A stretch of DNA of 58,111 nt, filler included, from Catajapyx aquilonaris (lineage: Eukaryota): assembly GCA_000934665.2 (NCBI GenBank). It is 4 parts of 4 records of this genome, joined end to end, with 100 filler letters (N's around TTAATTAATTAA, not from the genome) between each part and the next. Parts side by side here need not be neighbours in the genome. Positions count along the whole stretch, not along the records: positions 29,080 to 43,575 come from JYFJ02007778.1; positions 43,676 to 58,111 come from JYFJ02007779.1; 2 more parts are not named here. One strand, 5' to 3'. How positions within the stretch are numbered: the stretch's first letter is position 1; each line of letters begins with the position of its first letter. This document shows, in pieces, positions 39,740 to 51,426 of the stretch. The translations under genes and the position numbers were made by a program. The notes under the pieces were generated by a model that saw only the letters and a list, made by a program, of their open reading frames with translations, did no database searches and was not told where the DNA came from.

Positions 39740-40480
39740 GTCTGGCAACTGTGAGTCAGCGGCAGGTGATTGGACTGTAACTGAAAAGGCAGCCAATCAC
39801 ATCCGGAGACGTCGCCTGTACATGGTGGTTGCCAGGTGATGGGGGAATGTACGGCGCGAATTTTCGAACGTGTTGCTATAATGAGGTCATTGTTTGGATT
39901 TAATTGCATTTTAGGTTGTAATTAGATATTAGCAAATTGTGGTACGTACTGATGAGGCGATTGAAATGGCGTAAATAAAGCCTAATGGTGTTTGTAGGGT
40001 GGGGGAAAAAGAATAAGTGGGCGACTCGGTTCAATTGTACCAGGGATTAAACTTACTACGTGTAACTCGGTGTAACTACAGTGTAAGTACAGCGCAGTAC
40101 GGATTTTTCAGGTACAAACTGCGAGTAGCAAATAGTAGTTACACGAGCAGTAACCAGCGAGTTACAGGCGCCAAGAGCAGTGCAAAATTATAGTCGGAAG
40201 GTGGCTCTAGTGTACTTTTATTGCCAATAGCGCTCTTCATTTTAAATAAACTTTGAAGTATTTTATAGACTCATTAAAATATTATAGTGTAAGTTAGCAT
40301 ACAATACGATTATTAATCACATCTTTGTGCGTAAATAATTTCTGTTGGCAACACTGTTTCAAGATGTCGCGCACTTGGCCGCAAAAGTGCACTTATTTTG
40401 CTAATTTTAATTCACTCTGGTCGACTTGCAATTAAGTGCAAATTAATTTCGGGGTTTACAGTAGCATTCGCATCATTCAG
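39740..40480. promoter_or_regulatory. Intergenic promoter region between divergent Tango1 and mRpL4
   Basis: Start codons are 1.3 kb apart and head-to-head. CCAAT boxes occur in both orientations (~39769, ~39793), with TGGCAAC motifs (~39830 minus, ~40346 plus) typical of arthropod housekeeping promoters. Confidence 0.55.
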
Positions 40481-40792
40481 GAATTGCACAGTGAATCGGT
40501 GGGTGAAAGCAGGGTGAAAGTAAATGGTGAAGATAAAGAGTCTGTATGATGGTGGCTATATACTTGAGAAATTAATATTGCAATTATTAATTACAATTGT
40601 AACAATTCATTGCATATAATGGTAGTTGGTTACATTTTATTTAAATTAGCAGCGGAACCTGTTCTTTGTACGGGCATGGAAACATGTTGCCATGGTGGCT
40701 GGACAAACAAGCAAACAAACTTTGCCTTTTATAATAACAACAGAGATGTAATGTTTGCATGTAATGATTTCATTTATGACATGATTACAGCG

Positions 40793-41937
40793 ATGGCGTT
40801 GTCTCTTCGGCTTTATGGCGCCAGGATGGTGTGCTGCAGAGGAAGGGCATTGTTCTCGACGACTCTCAGTGCACCACCTGACTCGCTGGCTGAAACTGGG
40901 ACGCAGGCAGGTATGGTGCAATGTTTTTACATGAGACGGTTTACTTATTGCGATTAATGTGATGGAAATATTGGCAGTGACGCCGGTTCGAAGTCAAGCT
41001 CCACATATTTTGGGTCGTGAGCTGCGCTTCCCTCCACAATTCAGGGCTGCTCGGCAAGCGTGGGTGGAGAACCTGGACACAGTTGAAGAGGAGAGGCTGG
41101 GACTGATCGACCTGCATCCGGAGGTCTTTGGAGTTTTTCCACGGATTGACCTGGTCCATCAGAATGTTAGATGGCAACAAATGTACCGCTATGTGGTATG
41201 TTAACTGATCGTTCAATATTTGTGCATATGTGTTGCATAACGTTCCTGTTTTCAGTCTTTTGCAGAAGCGAAAACACGTGCAGAGATGCGAGGTGGTGGA
41301 AGGAAACCCTGGCCACAGAAAGGCACGGGGAGGGCTCGTCACGGGAGTATCCGATCACCTCTTTGGATCGGAGGAGGGAAAGCGCATGGGGCAAGGCAGC
41401 CGAAAACTGGCTTCTACATGCTGCCTCTGGACAGCCGAGTGCACGGACTCCTCAGCACCTTGTCCATCAAGTTCGCTCAGGATGACTTACACGTGGTCAA
41501 TTCTCTGGAAATACCGACAGACGACGCTAAGTTCCTGGAGGAATTGGTGGAGAAACGCCATTGGGGCGTCTCCGTCCTGTTTGTTGATGAGTAAGGAATC
41601 GTTGTAGTCTAAAATAATGTGCTGATGTAATTGTAGCATATTTATTTACAGCACGGACTTAATGCCAAGAAATATCACGGCAGCCACAAGTAGCATCAAG
41701 CATTACAACTTGATGCCCACTTATGGTAAAGCTGCTACACTGGAATTATTATTGAAGTTGCCTGTTCTTAATTCGACATGATTTCACTTACTTTTAGGCC
41801 TGAACGTGTGGAGCATGCTGAAGCACGAAACCCTCGTGCTAACCTACGCAGCAGTGGAAAAACTGGAAGAGAAGTTGCTTCAACAGGTGCATCGCAGTGA
41901 TGGCAAAATGAAGAAATTTGAACTGGGCAAAGTGTAG
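40793..41937 (+). CDS. mRpL4: 39S mitochondrial ribosomal protein L4 (uL4m), 294 aa
   Basis: Exons 40793-40910, 40978-41195, 41256-41590, 41652-41725 and 41798-41937, all GT-AG and phase-consistent. They encode a mitochondrial presequence, [58 protein letters not shown] and [22 protein letters not shown] at 41950. An acceptor 2 nt before the ATG implies an upstream UTR exon. Confidence 0.95.
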
Positions 41938-43047
41938 AGTAAGTCAATCAATAAAAAGGCTAGTGCAGTGTTTCGTTAATCTCATTCGGTTTTTATTATA
42001 CCTCGACTCGATGCAGAACTGGTAACCATCTTTCACTTTTTGCTGCACTTTCACTTGAAAAATCTCGTGCGAACGAGTACTATGGGGGAGAAAAATTATT
42101 ACAGTTATTTCGTGCAATGTTTTGTTTCCCACGTACTATTGTAAACTAGGGGGTGGATTGATCAAAATATGTCGTAAGTCAAATTTATCTGGAGGTGTGC
42201 TAGTCAAACATTATCACTCTTTCCTGAATACCTGTGCCCACCAATCATGTCCTCAAACACCCCTACTCAACGATATGAGCACTTACAGGAGTCCTCTGGA
42301 TTTTCATATCCATATGTGTATTCATATCCATCTTCATTAGAGGTATCAGAAGCAGGGCCTTGATCGTCAGTACCAGAGGCAGGATCTGTATTGAGAGAAA
42401 TTATTACGAGATTTGCTGCTCATTTTACATACGTTAACAAAAACGTAAGCACAACTGACATGTACGTAATAGCACTGCTTCCACCTGTATCGCTTGGAGC
42501 ATCCTTGACCCTCGGAGGGTGACATGGGTACTTTTCATGACCAACGCCACTATTTTCGCTATAACATTGAAAATCTACCACATATGAGCTTCATCTTTTA
42601 GGACATCTTAGTTTCATTCCTTTTGTGATTAATGGCATTTAGTTTAAATTTTTGGAGTAAATAGCACGATCAGGAAAAAAAATTATGTACCGATGAGTAG
42701 TTGTGGCCATTCCGGGACCTGAGCTTATCAGTACTGATAAGTTCAGGTTCCCCTTCTGGAAAGCTTAGCGATTCATGAAGCCAGCTGGTTTTGGGCTTTG
42801 GAAAGGAAACCGGTTCGGCCTCGACACGCGCACGTTATGGCCCAAATACGCGTCAGTGCATAATTGATTCTTTTGCAATCGTACTATCTGCTCAAGAATT
42901 ATAAACTAAATGTCATTCATCGCAGAAGGAATTATCACAAAAACTAATTCCCTACGGAATTGTAAAAAAAAAAAGGAAAGTAAGATCCAAGTAACGGATA
43001 GAAATTACTGAAACAAGACTGGGCTGCGTAAGATCTTCAACCTTATG

Positions 43048-43575
43048 GATAAATGTAACCCAGAGATCTTACTTCCTCATTTTACACAATAATTAGATTT
43101 GTATGGTCAGTGATGATCAAAGCGTCTTTGTCCATCAGCCATCCTAATGCTAATCAGCCAATCTGTGGACCATTAAACATTCAAGCTACTCAGTAAATCG
43201 ATGAACAAATTAATTAATTCAAGGATTATATTTATCCTTTATCCTTATTAAATATATTATATTGTATTACATATTGTATTATGTATTATATTACATATTA
43301 TATTATATTATTATATGTGAATTATTATAATGTGAAACATTTAACCTTCCAGCCACTCAGCTAATCGATGAACCAATTAATTTTATTTTTTATTTTTATC
43401 GTTTATTCTTATCATATTATTACTTTATTATTATATTATATTATTATTATAAGCATTAAATAATCCCAAATTGCCCAACTATACCTTGATGAACAAAGAC
43501 GCTTTGATCATCACCATGATACAAATCTAATTATTGTGTAAAATGCGGAAGTAAGATCTCTGGGTTACATTTATC
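43048..43575. repeat. Inverted repeat (~85-nt arms) with AT-rich core, ending at the contig end
   Basis: GATAAATGTAACCCAGAGATCTTACTTCC..AAAGCGTCTTTGT versus ACAAAGACGCTTT..GGAAGTAAGATCTCTGGGTTACATTTATC. Confidence 0.8.
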
Positions 43576-43675
43576 NNNNNNNNNNNNNNNNNNNNNNNNN
43601 NNNNNNNNNNNNNNNNNNNTTAATTAATTAANNNNNNNNNNNNNNNNNNNNNNNNNNNNNNNNNNNNNNNNNNNN
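43576..43675. other. Artificial contig spacer
   Basis: N44-TTAATTAATTAA-N44. Confidence 0.97.
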
Positions 43676-46061
43676 AATCATTGCTGCGGAGAAGAGCACC
43701 CAAATTCAGGATGAGGCAATTGCCAATGCAAAAGCATCTTCAGCCAGCTAAAAAAAAAAAAAGATGTGGCCATGCTATTGGCAAAGAGTTTTGGTGACGA
43801 GTGGAGGAGCCAGCAAAATTTGTCATGGTACGTTGGCATCCTTGATGACAAAGATGGGGAAAGTATGGAGGAAAACGAAGACTGCATGTGTAATGAAGAA
43901 GACGTGGTAGTGAAAATTTGATTTGTTGACTTTTGCTCACATTACGTGAAGTGACTGAAGAATCTCAGTTCTAACACGAGTCTATGGACTCCAGCTGTGG
44001 ACCAGTTGCGTACCGTTTCAACGGGAGATATCGTGTCACTCGATGCTCTGAGAGGAGCAGTCGATGCACTAAATGAGGTGCCTCCTTTTTCTTTTTATCC
44101 CGGAGCAGGGGCTCATAAATGGATGGTCAGACCCAACTGCTTTTGTGCCCTCCATAGCCTCCTTAACATTTATTCTCATAATGGGCATAGCTTTATTTTC
44201 GTGTGTCAAATATCGAGCCTTGTGTCGGATAAAGAAATCCTTGAAGAAACCGAACCATCCCATAGTCCGAAATACTAGCCCAGTCCCGCCAGAGCCGAAT
44301 CCTCCTAACAACCCCGTTCCTGGATCAAAAGTACCAGCGAATATACCTATGTCCCCTATACCTCAAAGCTCAAACAACCCCTGAATTTATAGAATAAACG
44401 TATCGGCTCTCAGATTTTTTATGTTGTGAGAATTGAAGCGCCCAGAAGCAGAAGTGATTAGGTCAGTTTTTCTCCAAATTGCGTTTGGCGCTGGAGGAAC
44501 GGCGCAAACTGGCAGGGAGGCTGGTGGAGGTGGTCACCACCTCCGCCTCCTCCCCGGGACTAGTTAAACATATGGACATCTGGATTGGATTGGTCGAGCC
44601 GGAACGCCACGACAATTACTATCGCTACTGCTGGGGGGNAGCCATCCTATTGTATGGTACTATTTTACGGAAAAATATTTCGCGCGGCAAAGGAACGCAT
44701 GTCAGTGTTCTCCACATCATAGCATCCATGACATAGCCGAACTTCCAAAGCAGAAATGGCTAAGTCAAAAAATGACTTAATCACTTATTATTGTTCTTTT
44801 AGGTATAGATATGTACATTTGGTACTCATTTATATCATTTTGGGAATCGACGTACATGATTGATAGGTGCTATATTTTTTTGTTTTATATATGTGATTTT
44901 TTGTAAATATATCTTGAAAACACTTGGGACACTAACACATTCCTTGCCTACCCTGTCCTTAAACACCTACTACAAGTACGAAGTGAAACAGTGAAAAGTG
45001 ACCCAGTACAGAGTGAACGCAGTTTATCAACAATGGTAGAGAGCATCGAACTGCCCATCATACGGCTAGAGCAAGTTTGGAATGCTGACCAACTCACAAA
45101 CACTGGAGAAGCTGGAGAACATTCCAGGTTTCTCGGAAGGGTTACTACCCTGAAGATGTCCACTCAGCTATTTGATGCGTGCCCTCCTTTACTTCGGTAT
45201 GACCAGGGCAAACTTTCTTCAGTCCTGGTACCGACTTAGTAGTGACCAGTCGCCATGGCAAACGCTCACCACTATAGTCCTTTGCCTCCACTCACAGAGG
45301 ATTACTCGTGGCCAGGGGAACCCATTGTATTCTACTCGCTGCCCCGGCCGGAACGAGGGACCCGCAGCCAGATGCAGTAGCTACAGAAAGAAGGGTTTAC
45401 TATTCCCCATGGGTCCATCATCCTGACCACCGATGCAGCAAACCGGGGCCTGCAGATCATTCGGACCAATGCCAACTGGCTGTCCGATTGGCACTGGTTC
45501 CCGACTGGGTCACGGGCGCGGGCGGTGATCCGGGCATGGGAACCCGACCATACCCCATGGTCCACCGCACCCCAGGATTACCCTACAGCAGACGAGAGCG
45601 ACTGGTACTACCAACCTGACCAGTCGGAGGACGACCCACTCCACACTAATTGGTTGCTGCCGAACGCTACGTTCAACCCGTTGGAGATGGAAGCAGCTGC
45701 GCACGCCGTAGCCGCAGTTGTCGGCGGAATGACAGGAGGAGCATCGGCAGGAGCCTCCGCAAGATCCAGGACCCGTCAACCAGATCCAGAGCCTCAACCT
45801 CTCCAGGGCCAGGCCGAAGCCGCATCGGAATTCTGGACCCGACAGCCAGCAAGTCCGAGGATGTCGTGGGACCGACGCCGAAGTCCCACACCGCCAACAG
45901 GTTCGTCGAGTGGACCCCCAGAAGAATATTATATGAAGAAGCAAGATGTTTGGTCCACTGTTTTGTCACTGAATTATTTCACACACACACACACACATTA
46001 CGTATAAGGCAAAACACTTATTGTCACAACTTTTTTACATCTCATGTCTTGGTTTTTTTTA

Positions 46062-46413
46062 GGTGCTGTTCAGAGTAACCCACAGACGGCACAGGCTACT
46101 GCTTCAGATGTTGAGAAAGCCACCCAACGGTGGCTGAAACATCCCAAAGCCAGGGCAGAAGGGGGAGGGGGGAAATGTAAACAAATGAGACAAATAAATA
46201 AGTTGTATAACACTTTGTGTGAATATAGATGTCAGTAAATGTCCAGTCCAGGAATATTTAGTCATCTGTCGGACGACCATGTCAGTCTCGTATGATGTCC
46301 ACAGGACGGCCAACGGACGTCTGTGGACGTCTTTTGGAACATCCATTATTGGTTGTAATGTCCATGTCCCGACGTTCCTAGGATATCCATGGGATGTCAT
46401 TGTACTGTGTGGG
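46062..46413 (+). mobile_element. 3' end of an animal EnSpm/CACTA-type transposon
   Basis: Last-exon-like peptide AVQSNPQTAQATASDVEKATQRWLKHPKARAEGGG (cf. the AT..EIE..I..WL..A.DR.GG accessory ORF of such elements), then GGACGTC/GACATCC subterminal repeats and a TGTACTGTGTGGG terminus. Confidence 0.55.
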
Positions 46414-47045
46414 CTGGAGTAAGATGAACATTCAAAACATGGGATATGTTGGATACTTCTGGAATGAAGGTTGAGGTAGATGATCCAGAGTATGAAATCG
46501 TGACTATCATGGATATCGAATTAACTTGGGGTACTCAGACCATGAAACATCACTTTCAGAAATTCTCGCTAGAGGGCCGGAGCGGTTGGTTGGGTGCGTG
46601 TGACTGCTCCGGGGAAATTGCACCGTAGAGGCGGAAAATGGGCGGGAAGGAGGCTGAGAGTGCTGGAGGAGTGGCAAGTGATCAAGGGAGCCGGAAGAAG
46701 ACCGGGAGCGGGTGCAGAAACCACCGCGGGGCAGCCCCGGATCACCCACTTCTACCCAGGTAGGGTGGGGGAGGCGGCAAAGGAGAAGGGCAATACTATC
46801 GCGCCGCAGACTGAGGGGACTCAGGGTATGGACACCCAGGATGGGGCCTGCTCGAGTGGAGGCGGTCCTCTTCCATCTCCAACCAATCGTACAGTCCTTT
46901 CCCTTCCTTTTTCCTTTCTTCACACTACAAAATGCAGTCCTCACATCCAGTTACGCTACGGAGCTTGTTTCCGATCCTGGAGGATTGTACCAGGGCAGAC
47001 GGACCCCTCCTCACCTGCATTCTGCCCGAGCCTGAGCCTGAGGTG

Positions 47046-47123
47046 ACGCCATCCCCGGTGACACTCCACGTGGCTGGACACGCCATCCCCGGTGACACTC
47101 CACGTGGCTGGACACGCCATCCC
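47046..47123. repeat. 34-bp tandem duplication
   Basis: ACGCCATCCCCGGTGACACTCCACGTGGCTGGAC occurs twice plus a partial third copy. Confidence 0.9.
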
Positions 47124-48317
47124 GCACGGATCAATAATCATTTGCCCGGAGGCCTTCAGCGGGGGTATGGAGATACTGAGGGTGAATAATAACTGGATCT
47201 CTGATTGGCGTTGGCTGCCTCCGGACTCGACCCTGGTGGTACGGCCCTGGGATCAGACCATTTTCGACCAGATGCGTGCGGGAGGGATAGGACCCCGTAC
47301 GATGCCAACCGTGACGGCGGGTCCTCCTACGGCCGACATTGATCATGGGCAACGCCGGCTCGGGGGTTCCTGGGTAGGGTGGTGAGGCTGCAACAACACC
47401 GAGGCATGCCAGGAACGTGGTGTTCCGGGTGGTGGCATCACAGTGTCCAAGGCTCCGTTTTGGGGCCGACGTCCCGCCACAGCAGCCTGGGACAGGGGTG
47501 GTCGGACGCGGGAGGAAGAGAGGGGGGCCTGTTGCCTGCCCCCTGACAACACCAGCGAGGGTCGTAAATCCTCGGCCAGCAGCGGCGAAGCGACCTCGTC
47601 GTCGCCGGAACTACAACACCGTTCCAGTCCAGTTCACGGCCACCGCGGACGACGGCGCACAGTGATCTAGGTTCGAAAAACCCTGGACAAAATCAGAATT
47701 TTTGAATTTGAAGTCAGATATTCCCATTCATGCCTGCACAATCTATGATAATGGAGCTATGCTCTGGCCTATGGTTTGTTCCTGAAAAAAAAGTTATTAG
47801 GCAGCGCGGAGGCATTTAAATTTGGGGTTAATCGTTGTTCTGAATAAACATGCACGGCAGGCCTATTTTAAACATTTGCTAAATGTTCTGAAACATATGT
47901 CAACGGTAATTTTGGTTACACTGTGTTGTAGAGTATACATTTACTTGCAAAATTGTTCATATTTCATTTTTGTAAATTATAAACTTAATGATTAAATCGA
48001 ATTTTGGTATAGCAGTTCAAATGTGTCGTTTCAAAAATTAAATCGAGTCATACAAAAAAATGGACAAAAAAGGACATTTTCATTTTTGGTGCGTAATGTG
48101 CGAAATAGTGTGTAGGTGAAGGGTCAACAAAGTCCAGCTGCTAAAATCCACTAATTTTATCGTAATTCGTAATTTTCGCCGTGGCGGTATTTCCACCCTC
48201 GCGCTCGAGCTAATGCCTGAAACAAATAGTGCACGGGCTGGAGTCCAGTGACGGGAAGGGGGGAGAAATTCGAAGTGTGGCCAAACTGACCAGTGACACA
48301 TTGATACCTGTTGATAT

Positions 48318-48841
48318 TGTAAGGACCCTACATGGGCATGGAAACCCATAATTGCCTTATATGGCCATGGGTGCCTCACTCTTGGGCAACTAACGCCTAG
48401 TCAGAAATGTCGTGGATGTGACACACCCTGAGGGTGTGGTTGTGGTCGGCCACATACGCACATGAATCAGAGATCTGGGGATAAAAGGAAGAAGCCCCGA
48501 TAGAAGAAGGGCAGATCAGTTCTGGGGCCCGAGAGCAGAAGTCAGAGGGAAGTCAAGCAGACAGCCAAGCAGTTAGAGAGGAGAGGAAGGCGACTCGGGT
48601 GAACCGAGGTCGCCTATCCACATACACCAGAAGATGGGCTGAAGGAGGCTGCCACCCAGACAGCACATCAGAGGACAGGAGATGTTTGAGTATCAGAATG
48701 TGTTAGAGTTTATGTAGATAGAGTGTTTTGTAATAAAAGCAAAAAGACTATCTGACTATTTGTATACCCTAGAACACTCTGGGCTACACCAAGCGGGATG
48801 GCTTAACCATATGTGAGACTACGTTCCCCCGGAATCTTACA
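48318..48841 (+). mobile_element. LTR (5' LTR of a truncated LTR retrotransposon)
   Basis: TGTAAG...CTTACA inverted ends, ATAAAA TATA-like (~48481), AATAAA (~48732), followed by PBS-like TGGTGGAGG (48845). Confidence 0.7.
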
Positions 48842-49031
48842 GTTTGGTGGAGGCCTTGCTTGGGAATACGTTTCCGTATTCGCCGGGTATGAGTTTCGTA
48901 TACAGATGGTCAGAGTTTGCTTTTATGTCTGGTAGACGCGTAAGTGTAAGTAGTGGCCTTTTTGGCATAGGGCCATGCGTCCGTAACAGTGTAGTGCTGA
49001 GTGCATAGGTTCGGAATGTAGTGTAATTGTT

Positions 49032-49418
49032 ATGGCAGAAGAGAGAAGAATTTACTTGACCACCGCAGTGGCGGAATCTCTGATCCGTGCAGACTTAATT
49101 CCAGAGGGAGTAATCATCCGCAAAATACCAGATGGACAGGAAAGATCACGTTCATTAGGAATGAAAATAGAAGGAGTAGTTACGATGCGCTTTGCATTTA
49201 GGAGTCACTTTTGGTTCGAAGAAGTTCTAGTTACGAAGGATCTGCGAGCACCGATGCTTTTTGGATTAAATTTTTGTAAGGAACACAAGGCGACATTAGA
49301 CTTTGAAAAGAACGAATTTAATTTCTCAGAGGGTGACACGAGAATAAGCGTTCCGTTTTCGGCTGATGCACATGAAGGATTGCATATACACTCGAAGATT
49401 TTGGGGTTAGAAATCTAG
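49032..49418 (+). pseudogene. Degenerate retropepsin-like aspartic protease
   Basis: YLTTAVAESLI (decayed LDTG.A.SLI) and VLVTKDLRAPMLFGLNFCKEHKATLDF (cf. ILG.DFL..H.A.LDF), downstream of the LTR/PBS. Confidence 0.6.
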
Positions 49419-49649
49419 GAGAAAGAGCATCACAAAGAAGAGTTAAGGAAACAATAAATAAGTTAGGGTAATGTTAGTGAAGTAAGACAGTATGACGTAC
49501 GTTAAAGGAGAATTGTTCGGTGAGATCTACATTTGTGTGAGTACGGGATCCCAACATTCATTTATTTGAACGCAGATCAGTAGCCTACCTACCCTCCACC
49601 CTACACTATGCGTATAATATAATGAATCATTTCTTATTCCAGTCACCGG

Positions 49650-50114
49650 GTGAGTTGTAACGATGTGATCTTTCATTATTTATTTCTGATAATTTGTTTC
49701 TTAATTTCAGAACCGGCTAAAGATTGGAAAGCTGGTGTATATTCCAAAAATCCATACGTGCGTAATAATATAACCAAAATTCCTTTTTCATCCGGACATA
49801 TTCCCATTTTTTGGATGGCGAAATGTTTGATAGATGCAACATCAAATTTCCACTATGTTTATAGCAAGGGGGCGGAAGTGTGTGACATGTTGCAAAAGAT
49901 TTTGAAGAGAGATGTGATTAATGTTGAAAAATTTTCATGCCCACCTTTCCACACACTACGTGCAATGAATGCAAACACGAGCTCGTGTTACCTCGAGCAC
50001 ACTAATTGTGCATATAGAAAAGCCGTTTGGCTTAGAGACTGGATCCAGAATATCTACAACAATGAACCAGAAGCAGCTGAGGAAGACGATGATGATGATT
50101 ATATAATGGTGTAG
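49650..50114 (+). CDS. Polinton/adintovirus-associated accessory protein (possible DEDD-like nuclease fold with Cys/His motif), partial
   Basis: Open 154-aa frame with G.IP..., YVYSKG.E...L...VINVE..CP....C..H..CA....L..W. Lies directly upstream of the packaging ATPase. An acceptor-like TTTCAG at 49710 suggests the true 5' end differs. Confidence 0.5.
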   Translation: MSCNDVIFHYLFLIICFLISEPAKDWKAGVYSKNPYVRNNITKIPFSSGHIPIFWMAKCLIDATSNFHYVYSKGAEVCDMLQKILKRDVINVEKFSCPPFHTLRAMNANTSSCYLEHTNCAYRKAVWLRDWIQNIYNNEPEAAEEDDDDDYIMV

Positions 50115-50154
50115 GTCACCGAAAGCGATTTAGAAGACGATCAGGTGATGGAAG

Positions 50155-50820
50155 ATGGAGATCTTCCCAATCCTACAACACCGGAACCAACGCAAAGCGC
50201 ATCACAAGATACTCCCCAACCATATTAGAGCCATCATAACTGGACCAAGTGGAAGCGGAAAGACTAATTTAGCTGCTAATTTACTTTTGGTGCCCGGTTA
50301 TGTAAATTACGATCAAGCTATTGTTTATACCAACACCCCCGATCAGCCTTTGTACACATTAATTAGAGAAGCGTTTGAAAAGGAAGGTCAACAAGATCGG
50401 TTATCTTTCACCCGAGAGAGTGACATTTTAAACAATCTCGATTCAAAAATTATGTACCTAGTGATTCTTGGGCGACGATTGGTGAACTGATATTGTGGCC
50501 GAATTTTATTAGAGAAGCAGAAAAATATTCAAGACATTTTTGCTAGAGGTCGGCACAATAATTTTTAGTGTATTTATCTTGCACAGACTTACAATCAGAT
50601 TCCAGCATCATTAATACGTGATAACGCCAATTTATTATGTATTTTCGCTTCTAATGATCGTAACTTGCAAAAAAATTTACACAGATCATTGTTGTGGAGA
50701 TTTTGAAAACTCTCTACAGTTCAGAAAATTTTGCCATAAACAGTGGAAGCAACCATATGATTTTTTTAGCTGTGGAAAAAACAGGGGGTTTGTATTTCAA
50801 GAATTTAAAAGAGAGAGTAA
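50155..50820 (+). pseudogene. A32/FtsK-like DNA packaging ATPase of a Polinton/Maverick (frameshifted)
   Basis: Walker A IITGPSGSGKTN, Walker B LVIL-DD, then in a shifted frame IQDIFARGRHNN..ILAQTYNQIP..IRDNAN..IF and FRKFC..W..PYDF. Confidence 0.85.
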
Positions 50821-51426
50821 GATGAACATTCATTTTTATTGTGTCCCAATGCTCTTGTATTAACACCATTTTCCAAAATATATCGTTTTGAATCGAAACA
50901 ATGCAGAGCTCTTTTATTAATTATGTCAGTGGTGACCTGGTGTGCGCGTGACCTTATTTTTACCATTGATGCATACATGACACTTTGATTTTCCAGGATT
51001 TCCTGAAACTTGTCGCATGTCATCGTATTGATACGGGTAATTCTTTTACACGCCATTTTCTGGCCCCCATCCAAAAGTTCCAAAGCATACGACTTCGCTT
51101 GTGTGACCAAATTGTTTTCGGTACCATTCGACTACCACCCATGTCTAAAAACAAGTCGAATATCTTTTAGATCATGCGACCGCTCACCTCCTCTTACCCA
51201 GCATGCATTGTAACACCATGATATAAGCCCGAGCATTTCTGTAATCGAGGCCAGTCGCCCAAAGCTCAGCAGAGTGGCTGGTCAGACCGCGAGTTCTTCC
51301 TTCCTATACATTACCTAACCTTAGCTATCCTATAGCCTTTCCATCTTTGATTGGTCGAATAAAAGTCGTTCTGGTTAACCCACTGCATATTCTTCAAGTG
51401 ATCCCAACCGCTCGGGGTCACATTAA

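Noticed and set aside
50985..51213. Small ORFs spanning the left LTR boundary
   Set aside because: They are chimeras of antisense pPolB and LTR sequence.
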